Both the position numbers and the translations under genes were made by a program. This document shows positions 25,087-35,144 of a DNA stretch of 37,719 bases, piece after piece. Position 1 is the first letter of the stretch. Every line of letters starts with the position of its first letter. Below the pieces are notes generated by a model. It did not search any database, was not told where the DNA came from, and worked only from the letters and a program-made list of their open reading frames with translations. Origin of the DNA: a virus (lineage: Duplodnaviria > Caudoviricetes); the IMG/VR virus record IMGVR_UViG_3300020043_003593, positions 1-37,719 of that record. One strand, written 5' to 3'.

Positions 25087-25783
25087 ATCGGTAATATCCA
25101 GTAGCATTTTTTAGGTAATATCCACCAAATACCTCTCTGGTAGATAATCTATTCTGTACATGGTGCAAAATAACACCATCGCCCAAGTATAATGCCCCAT
25201 GATTCGGAACGCTACTGCCAATCGTCATTAATATGCAATCCCCATAAGATAGTTCGCTTTGTTTGATCTCTTTAAAGCCAGCTTTCTCAAAGTTCTCCAT
25301 ATACAGATTCTCACCACGCTTCCACCATTCATCTGATCTATGGAAGTCTGGCAAATCAATGTTGCGTTCTTGCTTAAACCAGTCACGAATAATGGCATAG
25401 CAATCTAATACGCCATGTGACCATTCTCTGCCCACCAATGGAGCTACATATCCACTTGGCTCAATATATGACCATTGTTCGCTAGGAAGCCCAATAATGA
25501 ACCAAGGAAGCCCAGATGCTTCACAAGCCACTAAATCAGCCTGTGACGGCTTTACGCTGATATTTGGGTGGCTATGTATAACCGCAACTATTTCGCCATC
25601 CTGATCGGCTATTTCGTAGTCCTGTGGATCAAGAATAAAGTTGTCAGTTCCTATACCTAGGTTCTTACATTTTCGGTATTGTTGCCTACCCTTAAATATA
25701 ATTACTAATCCACAACATTCTTTAGGCAATGATTCTTTTGCGTGGTTAGTAATCGCTAACTTAACACTGTCATCAAGAATCAC
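25073..25783 (-). CDS. K: tail assembly protein K (JAB + NlpC/P60)
   Basis: PKECCG, HSHP, PSQAD, DCY, NHGALY. Confidence 0.92.
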   Translation of the reverse strand: MILDDSVKLAITNHAKESLPKECCGLVIIFKGRQQYRKCKNLGIGTDNFILDPQDYEIADQDGEIVAVIHSHPNISVKPSQADLVACEASGLPWFIIGLPSEQWSYIEPSGYVAPLVGREWSHGVLDCYAIIRDWFKQERNIDLPDFHRSDEWWKRGENLYMENFEKAGFKEIKQSELSYGDCILMTIGSSVPNHGALYLGDGVILHHVQNRLSTREVFGGYYLKNATGYYRYENS

Positions 25784-26481
25784 TTTATCAATCCGCTTGC
25801 TGGAAATGCGCCAAAAGGCAATTCATTAGTTGCACCGAATCTTACTTCACAAGAGCTTAATCTTTTTCCACATACATCTAAGGCTAGTGTTCCTACGGCT
25901 ACATCATTTGTATCGTAGTAATTTGTTCCAGCATAACTACACTCTGAACTGCGATATTTCCAAGGGCATATATTCTGAATGATCTGTCGTTTTGGTAGTT
26001 TGATTCCTTGAACATCAAAAGAAGCTGATAGATCAAACTCAACTGATTCTTTATTCTCGTTTACTTTGTGTTCAATGTAATAAACATCATCAGGAAACTC
26101 AGCCGTAGTATCTTCTGTTGGATTTACGCCACCAGAGAAATTGACTGCATCAAGATACTTTGCCATTGTGCGTTTACGAGTAATCTTTGCTCCAAGCAAG
26201 TCATCATAAGCAAGAACTAATGCTGTAATAACGCCTGTTACGTTGGCAACCTTCATCTTTGGTCTTGGTAATTGACCGCCAGCATTAAACTCAAACCCTG
26301 TAATCTCAACTGGGAATGGTGTGTATTCTTGACCTTGCCAAGTGATTGGCTGTCTTAATTGATTAGTTCCAGCATGAAAATAATAAACATCTCCACCAAA
26401 GCTACTGGCATCCAATTGGAATAATTCAATGATTGAACTTGGCTGAAGGCTTTGTAGTTCAATTGAGATATCTTCATTCAT
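25780..26481 (-). CDS. L: minor tail protein L
   Basis: IELFQLD, WQGQEY.PFP, CPWKYRSSEC...DVCGKRLSSC. Confidence 0.92.
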   Translation of the reverse strand: MNEDISIELQSLQPSSIIELFQLDASSFGGDVYYFHAGTNQLRQPITWQGQEYTPFPVEITGFEFNAGGQLPRPKMKVANVTGVITALVLAYDDLLGAKITRKRTMAKYLDAVNFSGGVNPTEDTTAEFPDDVYYIEHKVNENKESVEFDLSASFDVQGIKLPKRQIIQNICPWKYRSSECSYAGTNYYDTNDVAVGTLALDVCGKRLSSCEVRFGATNELPFGAFPASGLIK

Positions 26482-26813
26482 GCTTCAAATACCTGAATAA
26501 AAGTTGCTGTTATGGTATTTCGGTTATAGCTATCCAATGATTTAGACCACTCTCTGCATACATATTTACCAGCAGACTCATTGTATGGAGTCCAATCAAA
26601 AGATTCAACACCACCCCTAGCAGCCAAGAAATCATCAATCGCTTCTGCTTCTGTATCCGTACGATTACTAAAAGATAGCATCCATGTTTGTGGGCTAGTA
26701 TTTAAGCCGTCTGTTGCTCTTTGCTCATACCCATCCCCAAAAGCCATATTCTTTATTCTAGGCATTACCTTTTTGTTTGCACCAAAGTCAGGTGTGTATG
26801 TAAATGTAGTCAC
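26478..26813 (-). CDS. M: distal tail protein M
   Basis: FGDGYEQR..DGLN, FL..RGG..SFDWTP. Confidence 0.9.
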   Translation of the reverse strand: MTTFTYTPDFGANKKVMPRIKNMAFGDGYEQRATDGLNTSPQTWMLSFSNRTDTEAEAIDDFLAARGGVESFDWTPYNESAGKYVCREWSKSLDSYNRNTITATFIQVFEA

Positions 26814-26814
26814 A

Positions 26815-28686
26815 TTATGCTCCGCTTAACAGACCGCCATTGCGCTGTTCTTTAATGATTGTTGCTTTTACAACGCTAGAAATTAAGTTACCAAGCATTG
26901 CAGCATCTTGACTGCTTGCAGATGTTTGATCTGATCCATTCATATTAACTTGAACTGTAACATTGTTTACACCGCCCATGCCACCGCCCTTGTTATATGC
27001 AGCAGGGATAATCGCTTCGCCCTTGTGAATCATGGCAAGTTGATCGTTTGGCACATAGTTTGTTCCAACTGCATAAGATGGAATACTAAAGTTTCCAGAT
27101 CCAGTAAATGCTCCACCACCACCAGCACCACCAGCAGCAATAGCACTTGAATCCATAGATGATCCAAAATATGCTCCTGCCAAACTAGCACCCATTCCGA
27201 TTAAACCACCAAATCCACCGCCAGCAGAACCGCCACCAATCAATGCCTGACGAACTAATATCCGTTGTATATCTGCAACAACACTCATTGCAAATGCGCT
27301 AAAGCTGGCTTTACCAGTCATAGTAAATTGAACAATAGCATCTTCCATACCTCTGAAAGCATTGGTAAATGCATTGCCAACTTGTGCGCCTACGTTACTT
27401 GCATCTTCGCCATACTTCTTAATTGATTCAAGTGCGCCACCAGTAAATGTGCGTTTTCTTGCATCATTAATATCATCAAGACTTTGCTTTTCTGTCAGGT
27501 ATTGTTGCGCTCTTTCCCTGAACATCGCTATTTCTTCACGACCCCATCCAACAGTTTTCTCTAGGATTACGCCTTCTAATTGCTTTTGCTCAACTAGCTT
27601 CTGGTATTCCCTTGTACTCATCATCACAGCAGAGCCTTGCTCTCTTATGATGTTATTTGCTGTTTCTTGCGCTTTTGCATACTTTTCAATTTCAGCAGTT
27701 TGCAATGCTTTATGCTTGAGATCAATCTCTGCTTTTAATTCTTCTACTAATTGTTTGTTTAAACCAAGACCAGATCGTTTTGCAGATGCTTCCAATTCAG
27801 CCATAACAATGGCTTTTTCTTTTTCTGCATTGTTAATACCGATATATTGAGATTCAGCACGAATAGCATCAATCTTTTGCTGGATGCTGATAATAGAAGA
27901 TTCTGTGACTTTATTGCCTTCAATGGCAGTAGCCATGTCACCTTTAATTGCAGCCTGAAGCCTTCTTACTGAATCAGCTTGCTTACGATATAAAGTTTCT
28001 AACTCTACTTGGCGTTCTAGGTTTGGATCAAATTGCATGGTATCTGTACCATACCCACCCATTGCTGCGCCAAAGTTAATCTGTCTGCCCTGTGCTTCAG
28101 TAGCTAGATCATTTAACTTTTGTTCTTCTACCAATAACTTCTTCTGAAGCCATAAGTCCATTTCTTTGCGCTGAGATTCAGAAGCCTTGTTATAAGCCTT
28201 TACATATTCTACAAATCCATCAGCAGCAGTGGCATTAAAGTCTTTGGCAAACTTGGCTACGTCATCTCCAAGTGCAGTTGCTTTCTCTAGCTCTTTACCA
28301 AACTTCTCTAATGATTTAGATGCCTTATCTGCTTTAGTCGCAAATAAATCAAAGTTCTCAATAATGCTAATTACTACAGTTGAAGCCAATCCAGCTACTA
28401 CACCAAAAAGACCGAATCCAGCCAGCAATTGTGGCAACTGCTGTCCCATTGCCCTTAAAGCAGATGTTCCACCTTGTACTTGAACAACAAAGTCTGATAG
28501 CTGATAGGAAGCATTACGTACGCCACCGCCCAAGCCACGATAGGAATCATTGGCTGCGCTTGTAGCACGATTTAAGTTCTGAGTTGATGTGCTGGCTTTA
28601 TCAGCAGAAGTGCCTAGATTCTGTAGCGATTTAGTCGCACTATCTACACCCTCTGCCTTAACTTGTATGACTAATGGTTCTGCCAT
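26815..28686 (-). CDS. H: tape measure protein
   Basis: QLSDFVVQ..GG....QQLPQL N-terminus, helical core, lambda-type C-terminus. Confidence 0.9.
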   Translation of the reverse strand: MAEPLVIQVKAEGVDSATKSLQNLGTSADKASTSTQNLNRATSAANDSYRGLGGGVRNASYQLSDFVVQVQGGTSALRAMGQQLPQLLAGFGLFGVVAGLASTVVISIIENFDLFATKADKASKSLEKFGKELEKATALGDDVAKFAKDFNATAADGFVEYVKAYNKASESQRKEMDLWLQKKLLVEEQKLNDLATEAQGRQINFGAAMGGYGTDTMQFDPNLERQVELETLYRKQADSVRRLQAAIKGDMATAIEGNKVTESSIISIQQKIDAIRAESQYIGINNAEKEKAIVMAELEASAKRSGLGLNKQLVEELKAEIDLKHKALQTAEIEKYAKAQETANNIIREQGSAVMMSTREYQKLVEQKQLEGVILEKTVGWGREEIAMFRERAQQYLTEKQSLDDINDARKRTFTGGALESIKKYGEDASNVGAQVGNAFTNAFRGMEDAIVQFTMTGKASFSAFAMSVVADIQRILVRQALIGGGSAGGGFGGLIGMGASLAGAYFGSSMDSSAIAAGGAGGGGAFTGSGNFSIPSYAVGTNYVPNDQLAMIHKGEAIIPAAYNKGGGMGGVNNVTVQVNMNGSDQTSASSQDAAMLGNLISSVVKATIIKEQRNGGLLSGA

Positions 28687-28708
28687 GAAGCCCCCTATTT
28701 ACATTGGC

Positions 28709-29101
28709 TTATTTTATCTTGGTGTCTTGACTTTGACCATCCCTAATTTTATTGATCTCCATCAGCCAAATCGAGTCAATCATACGCAATGCCTTTACTT
28801 CCCAAGATAATGGGTTTCTTCTGGTCATATCAGCCCAAGACTTAATATCAACGAATTGGATAGGATTCTGACCAAATCCGTTGCTAGTCCTTTGGGCATT
28901 AAGCTCCATGAACCATTCCCAGATATAAAGAGCCTGTTCTGGTACATCAGGTGGCTTTAAGTCTGGATGCTGTTTCCCAGTCTTTTCGCTAAACCTTGAT
29001 AGTAATTCGTATTTTGTATTGCCCTGCTTATCGGCTAGGTGCATCTTCAAATAATGCTTTGCAAATGCACCCAACTGTACAATCAGGGCTGAATAAAATT
29101 T
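28709..29101 (-). CDS. tail assembly chaperone, frameshifted (T) segment
   Basis: In the -1 frame of the upstream chaperone from AAATTTT; IWEWFMEL...PI...WEV..LR.ID motif. Confidence 0.8.
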   Translation of the reverse strand, partial: KFYSALIVQLGAFAKHYLKMHLADKQGNTKYELLSRFSEKTGKQHPDLKPPDVPEQALYIWEWFMELNAQRTSNGFGQNPIQFVDIKSWADMTRRNPLSWEVKALRMIDSIWLMEINKIRDGQSQDTKIK

Positions 29102-29475
29102 GCCCTGTCAGCAATAGCTGTATCAATCTGATCCTTGATCCAGTTAAACCGCTTATAGACCAGCTTTACATTATCTGGAGTGCAATCTAACTTCTTGCCA
29201 TCTAGCTCAATGCCTTGCCATTCTAATGTGCAAGCAACCAATAACTTATCGCCATATTCTGTGGCAGATGCCATACGCTGTTCTGTGGACTTGTTTGCTT
29301 TTAGATCGTCTAATGATGAACGTCTAAATTCTTCTGATAGTTGGATAAACTTTTCTGAATCCTTGCCTAAAACTTTGATCTTCATTGGCAACGCTTCATT
29401 TGTAGCTGGATGCTTTAATGTGTACCAAGCTCCTGCGTTTGCTGCTTTGGTTAAATCTAACGTATTTAAGTCCAT
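29083..29475 (-). CDS. tail assembly chaperone (G)
   Basis: Between tail tube and TMP; ends DRANFIQP. Confidence 0.85.
   Translation of the reverse strand: MDLNTLDLTKAANAGAWYTLKHPATNEALPMKIKVLGKDSEKFIQLSEEFRRSSLDDLKANKSTEQRMASATEYGDKLLVACTLEWQGIELDGKKLDCTPDNVKLVYKRFNWIKDQIDTAIADRANFIQP
29095..29101 (-). other. -1 ribosomal frameshift slippery heptamer A AAT TTT
   Basis: XXXYYYZ in the correct phase; the -1 frame reads YSALIVQLGAF into the next ORF. Confidence 0.8.
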
Positions 29476-29496
29476 TACATTTCCTCTGGAAATACC

Positions 29497-29520
29497 AAAA
29501 AGGGAGTCGCTAACTCCCTA
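29497..29520 (-). terminator. intrinsic terminator after the tail tube gene
   Basis: AGGGAGT-tagcg-ACTCCCT-TTTT. Confidence 0.7.
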
Positions 29521-29540
29521 TTGGCTAATTAATAAAACTT

Positions 29541-30752
29541 TTAAACTACTGAGCTATCAACAATAACGATGCTTGTCTGCTCTTTTACAGTAGATCCATC
29601 TACCAATTTTCCTGCGCTGAAGTTGCTTGATAGGCTAATTGCAGTGCCATCAGTTGATTTCTCAGCAGAGTTAATCTTGATATTAGGTAGCTTGATAATG
29701 ATGAAATCGCTGCTTGCAGTGTTATTTGCAAACAAGTAAATAAACAATGGAGCTTCTACTTCATCATCAAAATCGCTAAGAATTGTTGCATCTTCGTACA
29801 ATGCAGCCATAGAACCGCTAATTACAGCAGCGTTTGTAAATACATCTGGAGATAGGTTAGAGCCAACAACAGCCTTAACTTCAGCACCAGCATCAAGATT
29901 TACGTTTACGCTTGTCAATACTACTGAATCTACGCCATTGTATGAAAGCAAGCCAGTTGCACCAGCTACGATATCACCATCAGGTGCAGCAGTAGGGGAA
30001 ACGAAATACTGTGAAGTAGAGTAAGAAGCGTTGCGACCCAAGAAACCAAAGTTAATTGTTGCATTGCCGTTAGCAGGAATAGAGATTGCCATTGAGCTTA
30101 CTTTGCAATCTACATCACGCTCAGATTGCTCAATATCATCATTCCATTCTTCAATAGTGAAGTAGTCATTTGTATGACCAGTTGTAGGGATAGATAACTT
30201 CTTGCCTTGAGCAGCAACAGTAACAGTTGCACCAGCAGATTCAGTAGTTACAGTGCCAATCCAAGAATCAGCAACATAAGTCATAGACAATGCAGAAACA
30301 GTTGCTAGACGATAGTTCTTGTTGTTATTGGCAGAAGCAGCAAATCCAGTTGCACGAACGATATCGCCAACTTTGAATCCGTCACTAACAAATGATCCAG
30401 AAGCGCGACTAATTGTGCGTGTAGATCCGTTAATGCCAATTGTGGTTACTGCGCCAGTTGTTGCAGCAGTAGTAAATGTATTACGCAATGCACCTTCTAA
30501 AAGTGCAGTGTGACCGCCAACTTGAAATTCTTGGTCGATAGTCTTAACTACAGAGCGAGTTCCATGAGTTGCATTTGGGCGTTGTTGGTCTGTACGGATA
30601 GTGTTTGACTCAAATGCTTCCTTAGTCAAACCACCTGAAACACCACCATCACGATAGTTGTATGTGAGTCCATCGCCTGTACCAGCGATAGTGCCTAAAG
30701 CGGATTGTTTGCCGATAAAGACTTTGCGTTTAATTTGTGATGCAATAGTCAT
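29541..30752 (-). CDS. major tail tube protein with inserted domain
   Basis: Position and size; FESNTIRTD, YFTIEE, IKLPNIKIN. Confidence 0.85.
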   Translation of the reverse strand: MTIASQIKRKVFIGKQSALGTIAGTGDGLTYNYRDGGVSGGLTKEAFESNTIRTDQQRPNATHGTRSVVKTIDQEFQVGGHTALLEGALRNTFTTAATTGAVTTIGINGSTRTISRASGSFVSDGFKVGDIVRATGFAASANNNKNYRLATVSALSMTYVADSWIGTVTTESAGATVTVAAQGKKLSIPTTGHTNDYFTIEEWNDDIEQSERDVDCKVSSMAISIPANGNATINFGFLGRNASYSTSQYFVSPTAAPDGDIVAGATGLLSYNGVDSVVLTSVNVNLDAGAEVKAVVGSNLSPDVFTNAAVISGSMAALYEDATILSDFDDEVEAPLFIYLFANNTASSDFIIIKLPNIKINSAEKSTDGTAISLSSNFSAGKLVDGSTVKEQTSIVIVDSSVV

Positions 30753-30762
30753 GTCTTACTCC

Positions 30763-31170
30763 CTAAATAAATATGTCTGCTGTGTAATTAATACTGACTG
30801 CAACGACCCATCTATCGCCATCTATCATCCCACTGGAAATTGATGGTGTCGAGTCAATCATCACAGTAACGCTATCTTTTGTAATTGTAGTTCCTCTGGC
30901 AAATCTTGTGCGGATATTTTCAGCCATCGTAGCACAATCTGTAGCCCCTGCATTAACAGGATAATACAAAGAAACCTGAAATATGCCAAGCTCCCTATAA
31001 AGTTCTGCTCCAATACTAGGATTCTCTACCAAAGCTGGCAGTAGATTGACCTTTTGGAATGGTGTTCCAGCAACAGGCTCATATCTAGCGTTCTCATAAG
31101 CCGTTGCAATAGACCCTGACATTGTTGCCAGATGGTTTTCTAGTGCTGCTCTGATTTGAATAATGCTCAT
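30763..31170 (-). CDS. tail terminator (DUF4128-like)
   Basis: AYEN..YEP, GIFQVSLYYP..G, FARG. Confidence 0.8.
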   Translation of the reverse strand: MSIIQIRAALENHLATMSGSIATAYENARYEPVAGTPFQKVNLLPALVENPSIGAELYRELGIFQVSLYYPVNAGATDCATMAENIRTRFARGTTITKDSVTVMIDSTPSISSGMIDGDRWVVAVSINYTADIFI

Positions 31171-31580
31171 TTTTTGGCTTGTGCCTTCTTAACAGTATCG
31201 TTCCAACGCCTGATATTGATTCTTACCATGCCTTTTGGAGCTTTGATCTTTGAGCCACCATACTCAATTTTCATTGCATATTCTACGTTATTTGTCAGCC
31301 AAATTTGATTATTTTTGCTGTAATCGTATTTATTAACTTCTGACTCAATCTGGCTAATTGTTCCAGACTTATCTTTATCTGTACCTTCCCTAGTTCCGCT
31401 AGGTGGGCTACTAACGCTTGCTTGCCAGTTATAGGCTAGATGACCAGTATCTACTGGTGTGTCATAGACAATATCTGAAAACAGCTTTAATGCAGCAGCC
31501 CTAGTAACAATATTGATATTTTGTTTCGATTCATTAATCCATTTACTAATATCAAGAGAGAACTGGCTTTTACGGCTCAT
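31167..31580 (-). CDS. HK97 gp10-like tail completion protein
   Basis: TPVDTG...NW, NNVEYA..IEYG...APKGMVR. Confidence 0.85.
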   Translation of the reverse strand: MSRKSQFSLDISKWINESKQNINIVTRAAALKLFSDIVYDTPVDTGHLAYNWQASVSSPPSGTREGTDKDKSGTISQIESEVNKYDYSKNNQIWLTNNVEYAMKIEYGGSKIKAPKGMVRINIRRWNDTVKKAQAKK

Positions 31581-31936
31581 TTGTTAATTACGCAGTTAAA
31601 TAAAGCCTTTTGCGCTCCAGAGCTAGTAAATGAGATGGCAGAGATATTCCAATCAACACCATCAATATAGATCTTGTCATTCAGCGTAGGCTCAATGCCT
31701 AATTCTTCAGCACTCAATAAAGCGATTACCTGATCCATACGATATTGACCTGAAGCCAATTGAGTATCGTCTGGATTTTGTAATAACGTATAAACAGTGT
31801 AATTGGTTACAGTTGTTGCTACGCTACCAGTAGCAGGATTATAACTTCCTTGCGTAATACGCTTAAAAGTTACTTCCTTGCCATACGCCTGAAGCATATT
31901 GGTGGCTAATGACCTAAATTTTGCATCTAATGTCAT
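31577..31936 (-). CDS. head closure/head-tail joining protein
   Basis: Position; GSYNPATG, EPTLNDKI. Confidence 0.75.
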   Translation of the reverse strand: MTLDAKFRSLATNMLQAYGKEVTFKRITQGSYNPATGSVATTVTNYTVYTLLQNPDDTQLASGQYRMDQVIALLSAEELGIEPTLNDKIYIDGVDWNISAISFTSSGAQKALFNCVINK

Positions 31937-32454
31937 ACACGCACCAATGGGCTTGCTGGACTACCAGTTGTAGGCTTCATCAATGGGTATAACAAATTGT
32001 CCATTGCACGATAACGCTTATATGGAACGCCACGTACATTGTCGTATTCAACTTCCAATGATCCAACCTTTTCACGCTTAGTTAAGCGATCAATATCTGG
32101 ATCTAATGTTGCTGTATTGGCTTTTAGTGCAAATTCACAACAAGCATCTTGTACTTCTTTTGGTACAGAGTTCTCATCGTAATAGCTGTACATTGCGCCA
32201 TTATCGTATTTAGGAACTAAGTATCTTGGGAAGTCTAATGATTGTGTATCGTTCTTACGAATACCAGCCCAATCCAAGCGATAAACTTGAACCATATAGT
32301 TTGTGGCTTTACGCAATAACTGTTCTTTAACAGTATCGGTCAATAAACCCCAAGATGTGTTTCCTAGATTTGCATGGTAAGTATTAGCATTTGTTACTGA
32401 AATGTAGCTTTCAGCATTTGCTAGTCCACTTCCATCTTCAACGATTAGCGACAT
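31933..32454 (-). CDS. head-tail adaptor (annotated as DnaT-like family)
   Basis: LIVEDGSGLANAESY, QSLDFPR, EKVGSLEVEY. Confidence 0.8.
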   Translation of the reverse strand: MSLIVEDGSGLANAESYISVTNANTYHANLGNTSWGLLTDTVKEQLLRKATNYMVQVYRLDWAGIRKNDTQSLDFPRYLVPKYDNGAMYSYYDENSVPKEVQDACCEFALKANTATLDPDIDRLTKREKVGSLEVEYDNVRGVPYKRYRAMDNLLYPLMKPTTGSPASPLVRV

Positions 32455-32464
32455 AATTTATCCT

Positions 32465-33022
32465 TTAGACCCCTGTAGGTCTTTCTTCCCAACGAGCTTT
32501 AAACAATCCAGTTGCAGCAATGCTATTAATATTTTGCAATTTAATGTAATAAGTTCCTTCTGGAAATCCTAATACATTGTCTGATGTTCCTTCAGTTGCA
32601 GATCCCTTTGCTGGATTTTGTACTGCATATAATTGAATAACATCTTGCACTGTTCCACCGCTATGAGTACCTCCAGCAGCCATTGTTACTTGGCTTGAAT
32701 AATCAGTCCTAATACCATTTGTTCTTAATATTGGCAAAGAAGTAGAAAATGATCCACCTTCTGTTCCACCAGCAATAAGTTCAACTCTTAATTCAGCAGT
32801 CCATAAATCAACGTTAAATTGTTGAATAAGTGTATCTACACCAGCAACAGCCTTAATAATTACTGTTGCTCCTGATGCAATATTGAACTCATAAAATGTT
32901 CTAAATTCACGACCAGTAAAAAATCCAGTTTGCCCTACATCAACTTGTAATCGAGATTCTCCATTTTCATCATCTGGATCATCTGTCCATACCCACTTTG
33001 GCAAGCCGAATCTTTGTGTCAT
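32465..33022 (-). CDS. hypothetical virion-module protein
   Basis: 185-aa beta-rich ORF within the head-neck cluster. Confidence 0.75.
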   Translation of the reverse strand: MTQRFGLPKWVWTDDPDDENGESRLQVDVGQTGFFTGREFRTFYEFNIASGATVIIKAVAGVDTLIQQFNVDLWTAELRVELIAGGTEGGSFSTSLPILRTNGIRTDYSSQVTMAAGGTHSGGTVQDVIQLYAVQNPAKGSATEGTSDNVLGFPEGTYYIKLQNINSIAATGLFKARWEERPTGV

Positions 33023-33222
33023 GCTTTAACCCATCCGTATTTTTCCCATTCTGCTACTTCTTCCAAATGCACTTCTGCTGTACGTGGCTCTGGATAATCA
33101 TCCGAACGCTTCATTAGTACAGTCTTTGCGAATTTTGCTTTTGGCTCTACTGGAGTTTCTTGTACAACTTCCTGTACAACTTCCTCAACAGTTTCTTCTA
33201 CTACTTTTTTAGGTCTTGCCAT
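33019..33222 (-). CDS. small hypothetical protein
   Basis: AAGGA RBS; ATGA-coupled to the next gene. Confidence 0.7.
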   Translation of the reverse strand: MARPKKVVEETVEEVVQEVVQETPVEPKAKFAKTVLMKRSDDYPEPRTAEVHLEEVAEWEKYGWVKA

Positions 33223-33236
33223 GATATTTTCCTTTG

Positions 33237-33265
33237 AAAAGGGGTAGTCTTTTGAACTACCCCTC
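33237..33265 (-). terminator. intrinsic terminator after the capsid gene
   Basis: AGGGGTAGT...ACTACCCCT-TTT. Confidence 0.75.
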
Positions 33266-33283
33266 TATCTCACTAGACTAAGA

Positions 33284-34435
33284 TTAGCCTAACAATGTTG
33301 CAACAAACTCTGGTTTCCATACTTTTGAACCATACAAGCAAGAAACTTTGATGTTACGCATCATGTTACCAGCATATACGGAAACGTCATATACCAAGCC
33401 AGAAACAGGATCTTGAACAGTCATTGAATCAATGGCTGCATCTTGACCTACGCCACGACCAGCAACAGGTCGGCATACGAGTTCGATAGCTTGTTTATGG
33501 AAAGCAACGTTACCAGTGTAAGTAGCAGTTACAGTCATTGCAACACCATCTGCCAAAGTCTGACGTAAGCCAGGGGCAGCGATTGTCAATGAACCACCTG
33601 AAAGGGCAGTAGTAACAACATACTTGTTAGTGTCACCAGCAAAAGTAACTACGTCACCAGCCAATACAGTGCCACTACCAGTATCAACAGCGATAGTAGT
33701 TGTACCAACAGCGTATGTAGAACCAGTGTTAGTTACATAGCTTGCGCCAGAACCAGCAGTGTGTGACTGGATACCAGCAGACTCTTTAAACATCAAGCCT
33801 TGCAAGTCAAGCAATGTACCTTGACGGAGCAACTGTGAACCACCAGCTTCGTTAGCTTTTTGTAATTGAGCTAAGTTGCGGAGCTTAACGCCAGCAGCAG
33901 AGTTAATTACCAAAGTAGCTTGTCCGTCTTGTGGCATACCATTATCTACAAGGATACGACGCAATTCAGCAACTTCATTGAAGTTAGAGCCAAATGGAGT
34001 TGTTGCAGCAGTACCATAGGCACGTGAAGCACCATTGATTGCTGTCAAAGCAACAGATTGCTCGATTGTGTTGGTGATTGCACGCATAGCTTGTGCAACT
34101 TGATCGCCATAAACAGTTTCAAAGCCAGCACCATTACGGAGATGTTTGATATCTTCACCAGTGAAAGGAATATCAACTTCAGCGTAGTTGTCGATAGTGA
34201 AAGTCTTGTTATCAACAGTTTGGTATGTTGGCTCTGGCAATGCCATAGCTGGTGTGTAAGTTGTGCTTACAGTTGCAGCACGTGTGAAAGCGGAACGGAT
34301 TGTATCGCCTTTAGCAGCACGCTCAGACTCAACAGAGTTGATGACTACAGAAGGGATAATACCAACTTGCTCACGACCAACAATGTCGGCTGCCTTGAAA
34401 ATATCTGCTGCTAGGTTTGTTAATACGTTTGACAT
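33284..34435 (-). CDS. major capsid protein (P22 coat-like, with insertion domain)
   Basis: Follows the scaffold gene; 383 aa; typical C-terminus YGSKVWKPEFVATLLG. Confidence 0.88.
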   Translation of the reverse strand: MSNVLTNLAADIFKAADIVGREQVGIIPSVVINSVESERAAKGDTIRSAFTRAATVSTTYTPAMALPEPTYQTVDNKTFTIDNYAEVDIPFTGEDIKHLRNGAGFETVYGDQVAQAMRAITNTIEQSVALTAINGASRAYGTAATTPFGSNFNEVAELRRILVDNGMPQDGQATLVINSAAGVKLRNLAQLQKANEAGGSQLLRQGTLLDLQGLMFKESAGIQSHTAGSGASYVTNTGSTYAVGTTTIAVDTGSGTVLAGDVVTFAGDTNKYVVTTALSGGSLTIAAPGLRQTLADGVAMTVTATYTGNVAFHKQAIELVCRPVAGRGVGQDAAIDSMTVQDPVSGLVYDVSVYAGNMMRNIKVSCLYGSKVWKPEFVATLLG

Positions 34436-34448
34436 TTAATTCTCCTAA

Positions 34449-35078
34449 TTAATCAATAATTTTTCCACCATCTTTCAGGAAAGCACCCTTTTCAGCAGAG
34501 CTAATCCCGTCAAATTGTGATCTTGGCATTGTTTTCACATTGCCTTTTGCATCTCCACCGCCATTTGAACCGCCACCAGAGTTAGCAGGAGCAGCAATAA
34601 AATGCTTACCTTCTTCACTCTTAGACCATTCACTGACGAACTCAGATAAAGCCTTCTCTCCGATAACTGCTTTACGCTCATTACCTTCGATCTTTACTTG
34701 TACCTGACCTTTAAGCATTGATTTAACTGCTGGTAGGAACTGTTTTGCGATTCCCTCTTTTACAAGAGCTTCATTCAAACCATTTTCAACCAGTAAGTTA
34801 TTGGTATAACCACTTTCAGCTTCATAAAGTTTTTTAATCTTATCCGCTTCTTGAGCAATAGCTTTAGCTTGTTTCTCAGCTTCATTCAATTTAGTTTTGT
34901 AAGTTTCTACCTGACTTTCCAGTTCATCCAACTGTTCTGGCTTAATCTCTTGATTCTTACGCAACTTCTTAACTTCTGCTAATAACTCATCACGCTTAGA
35001 AATCAAACCTGATGTTGCTTCTTCTGCTGCTTTTTTAATGGCTTCCTGCACCTCTGGTGCGTTTAAATCAATACTCAT
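34449..35078 (-). CDS. scaffolding protein
   Basis: GLISKRDELLAEVKK coiled coil; Gly-rich linker. Confidence 0.8.
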   Translation of the reverse strand: MSIDLNAPEVQEAIKKAAEEATSGLISKRDELLAEVKKLRKNQEIKPEQLDELESQVETYKTKLNEAEKQAKAIAQEADKIKKLYEAESGYTNNLLVENGLNEALVKEGIAKQFLPAVKSMLKGQVQVKIEGNERKAVIGEKALSEFVSEWSKSEEGKHFIAAPANSGGGSNGGGDAKGNVKTMPRSQFDGISSAEKGAFLKDGGKIID

Positions 35079-35144
35079 TTTTTGTTCTCCGAACGTGTTA
35101 GGTCACTGACCAATAAATACAACTGCATTATGAAACGAAATAAA

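Noticed and set aside
31933-32454. DnaT-like family label read as a replication protein
   Set aside because: Its position in the head-neck cluster indicates a head-tail adaptor
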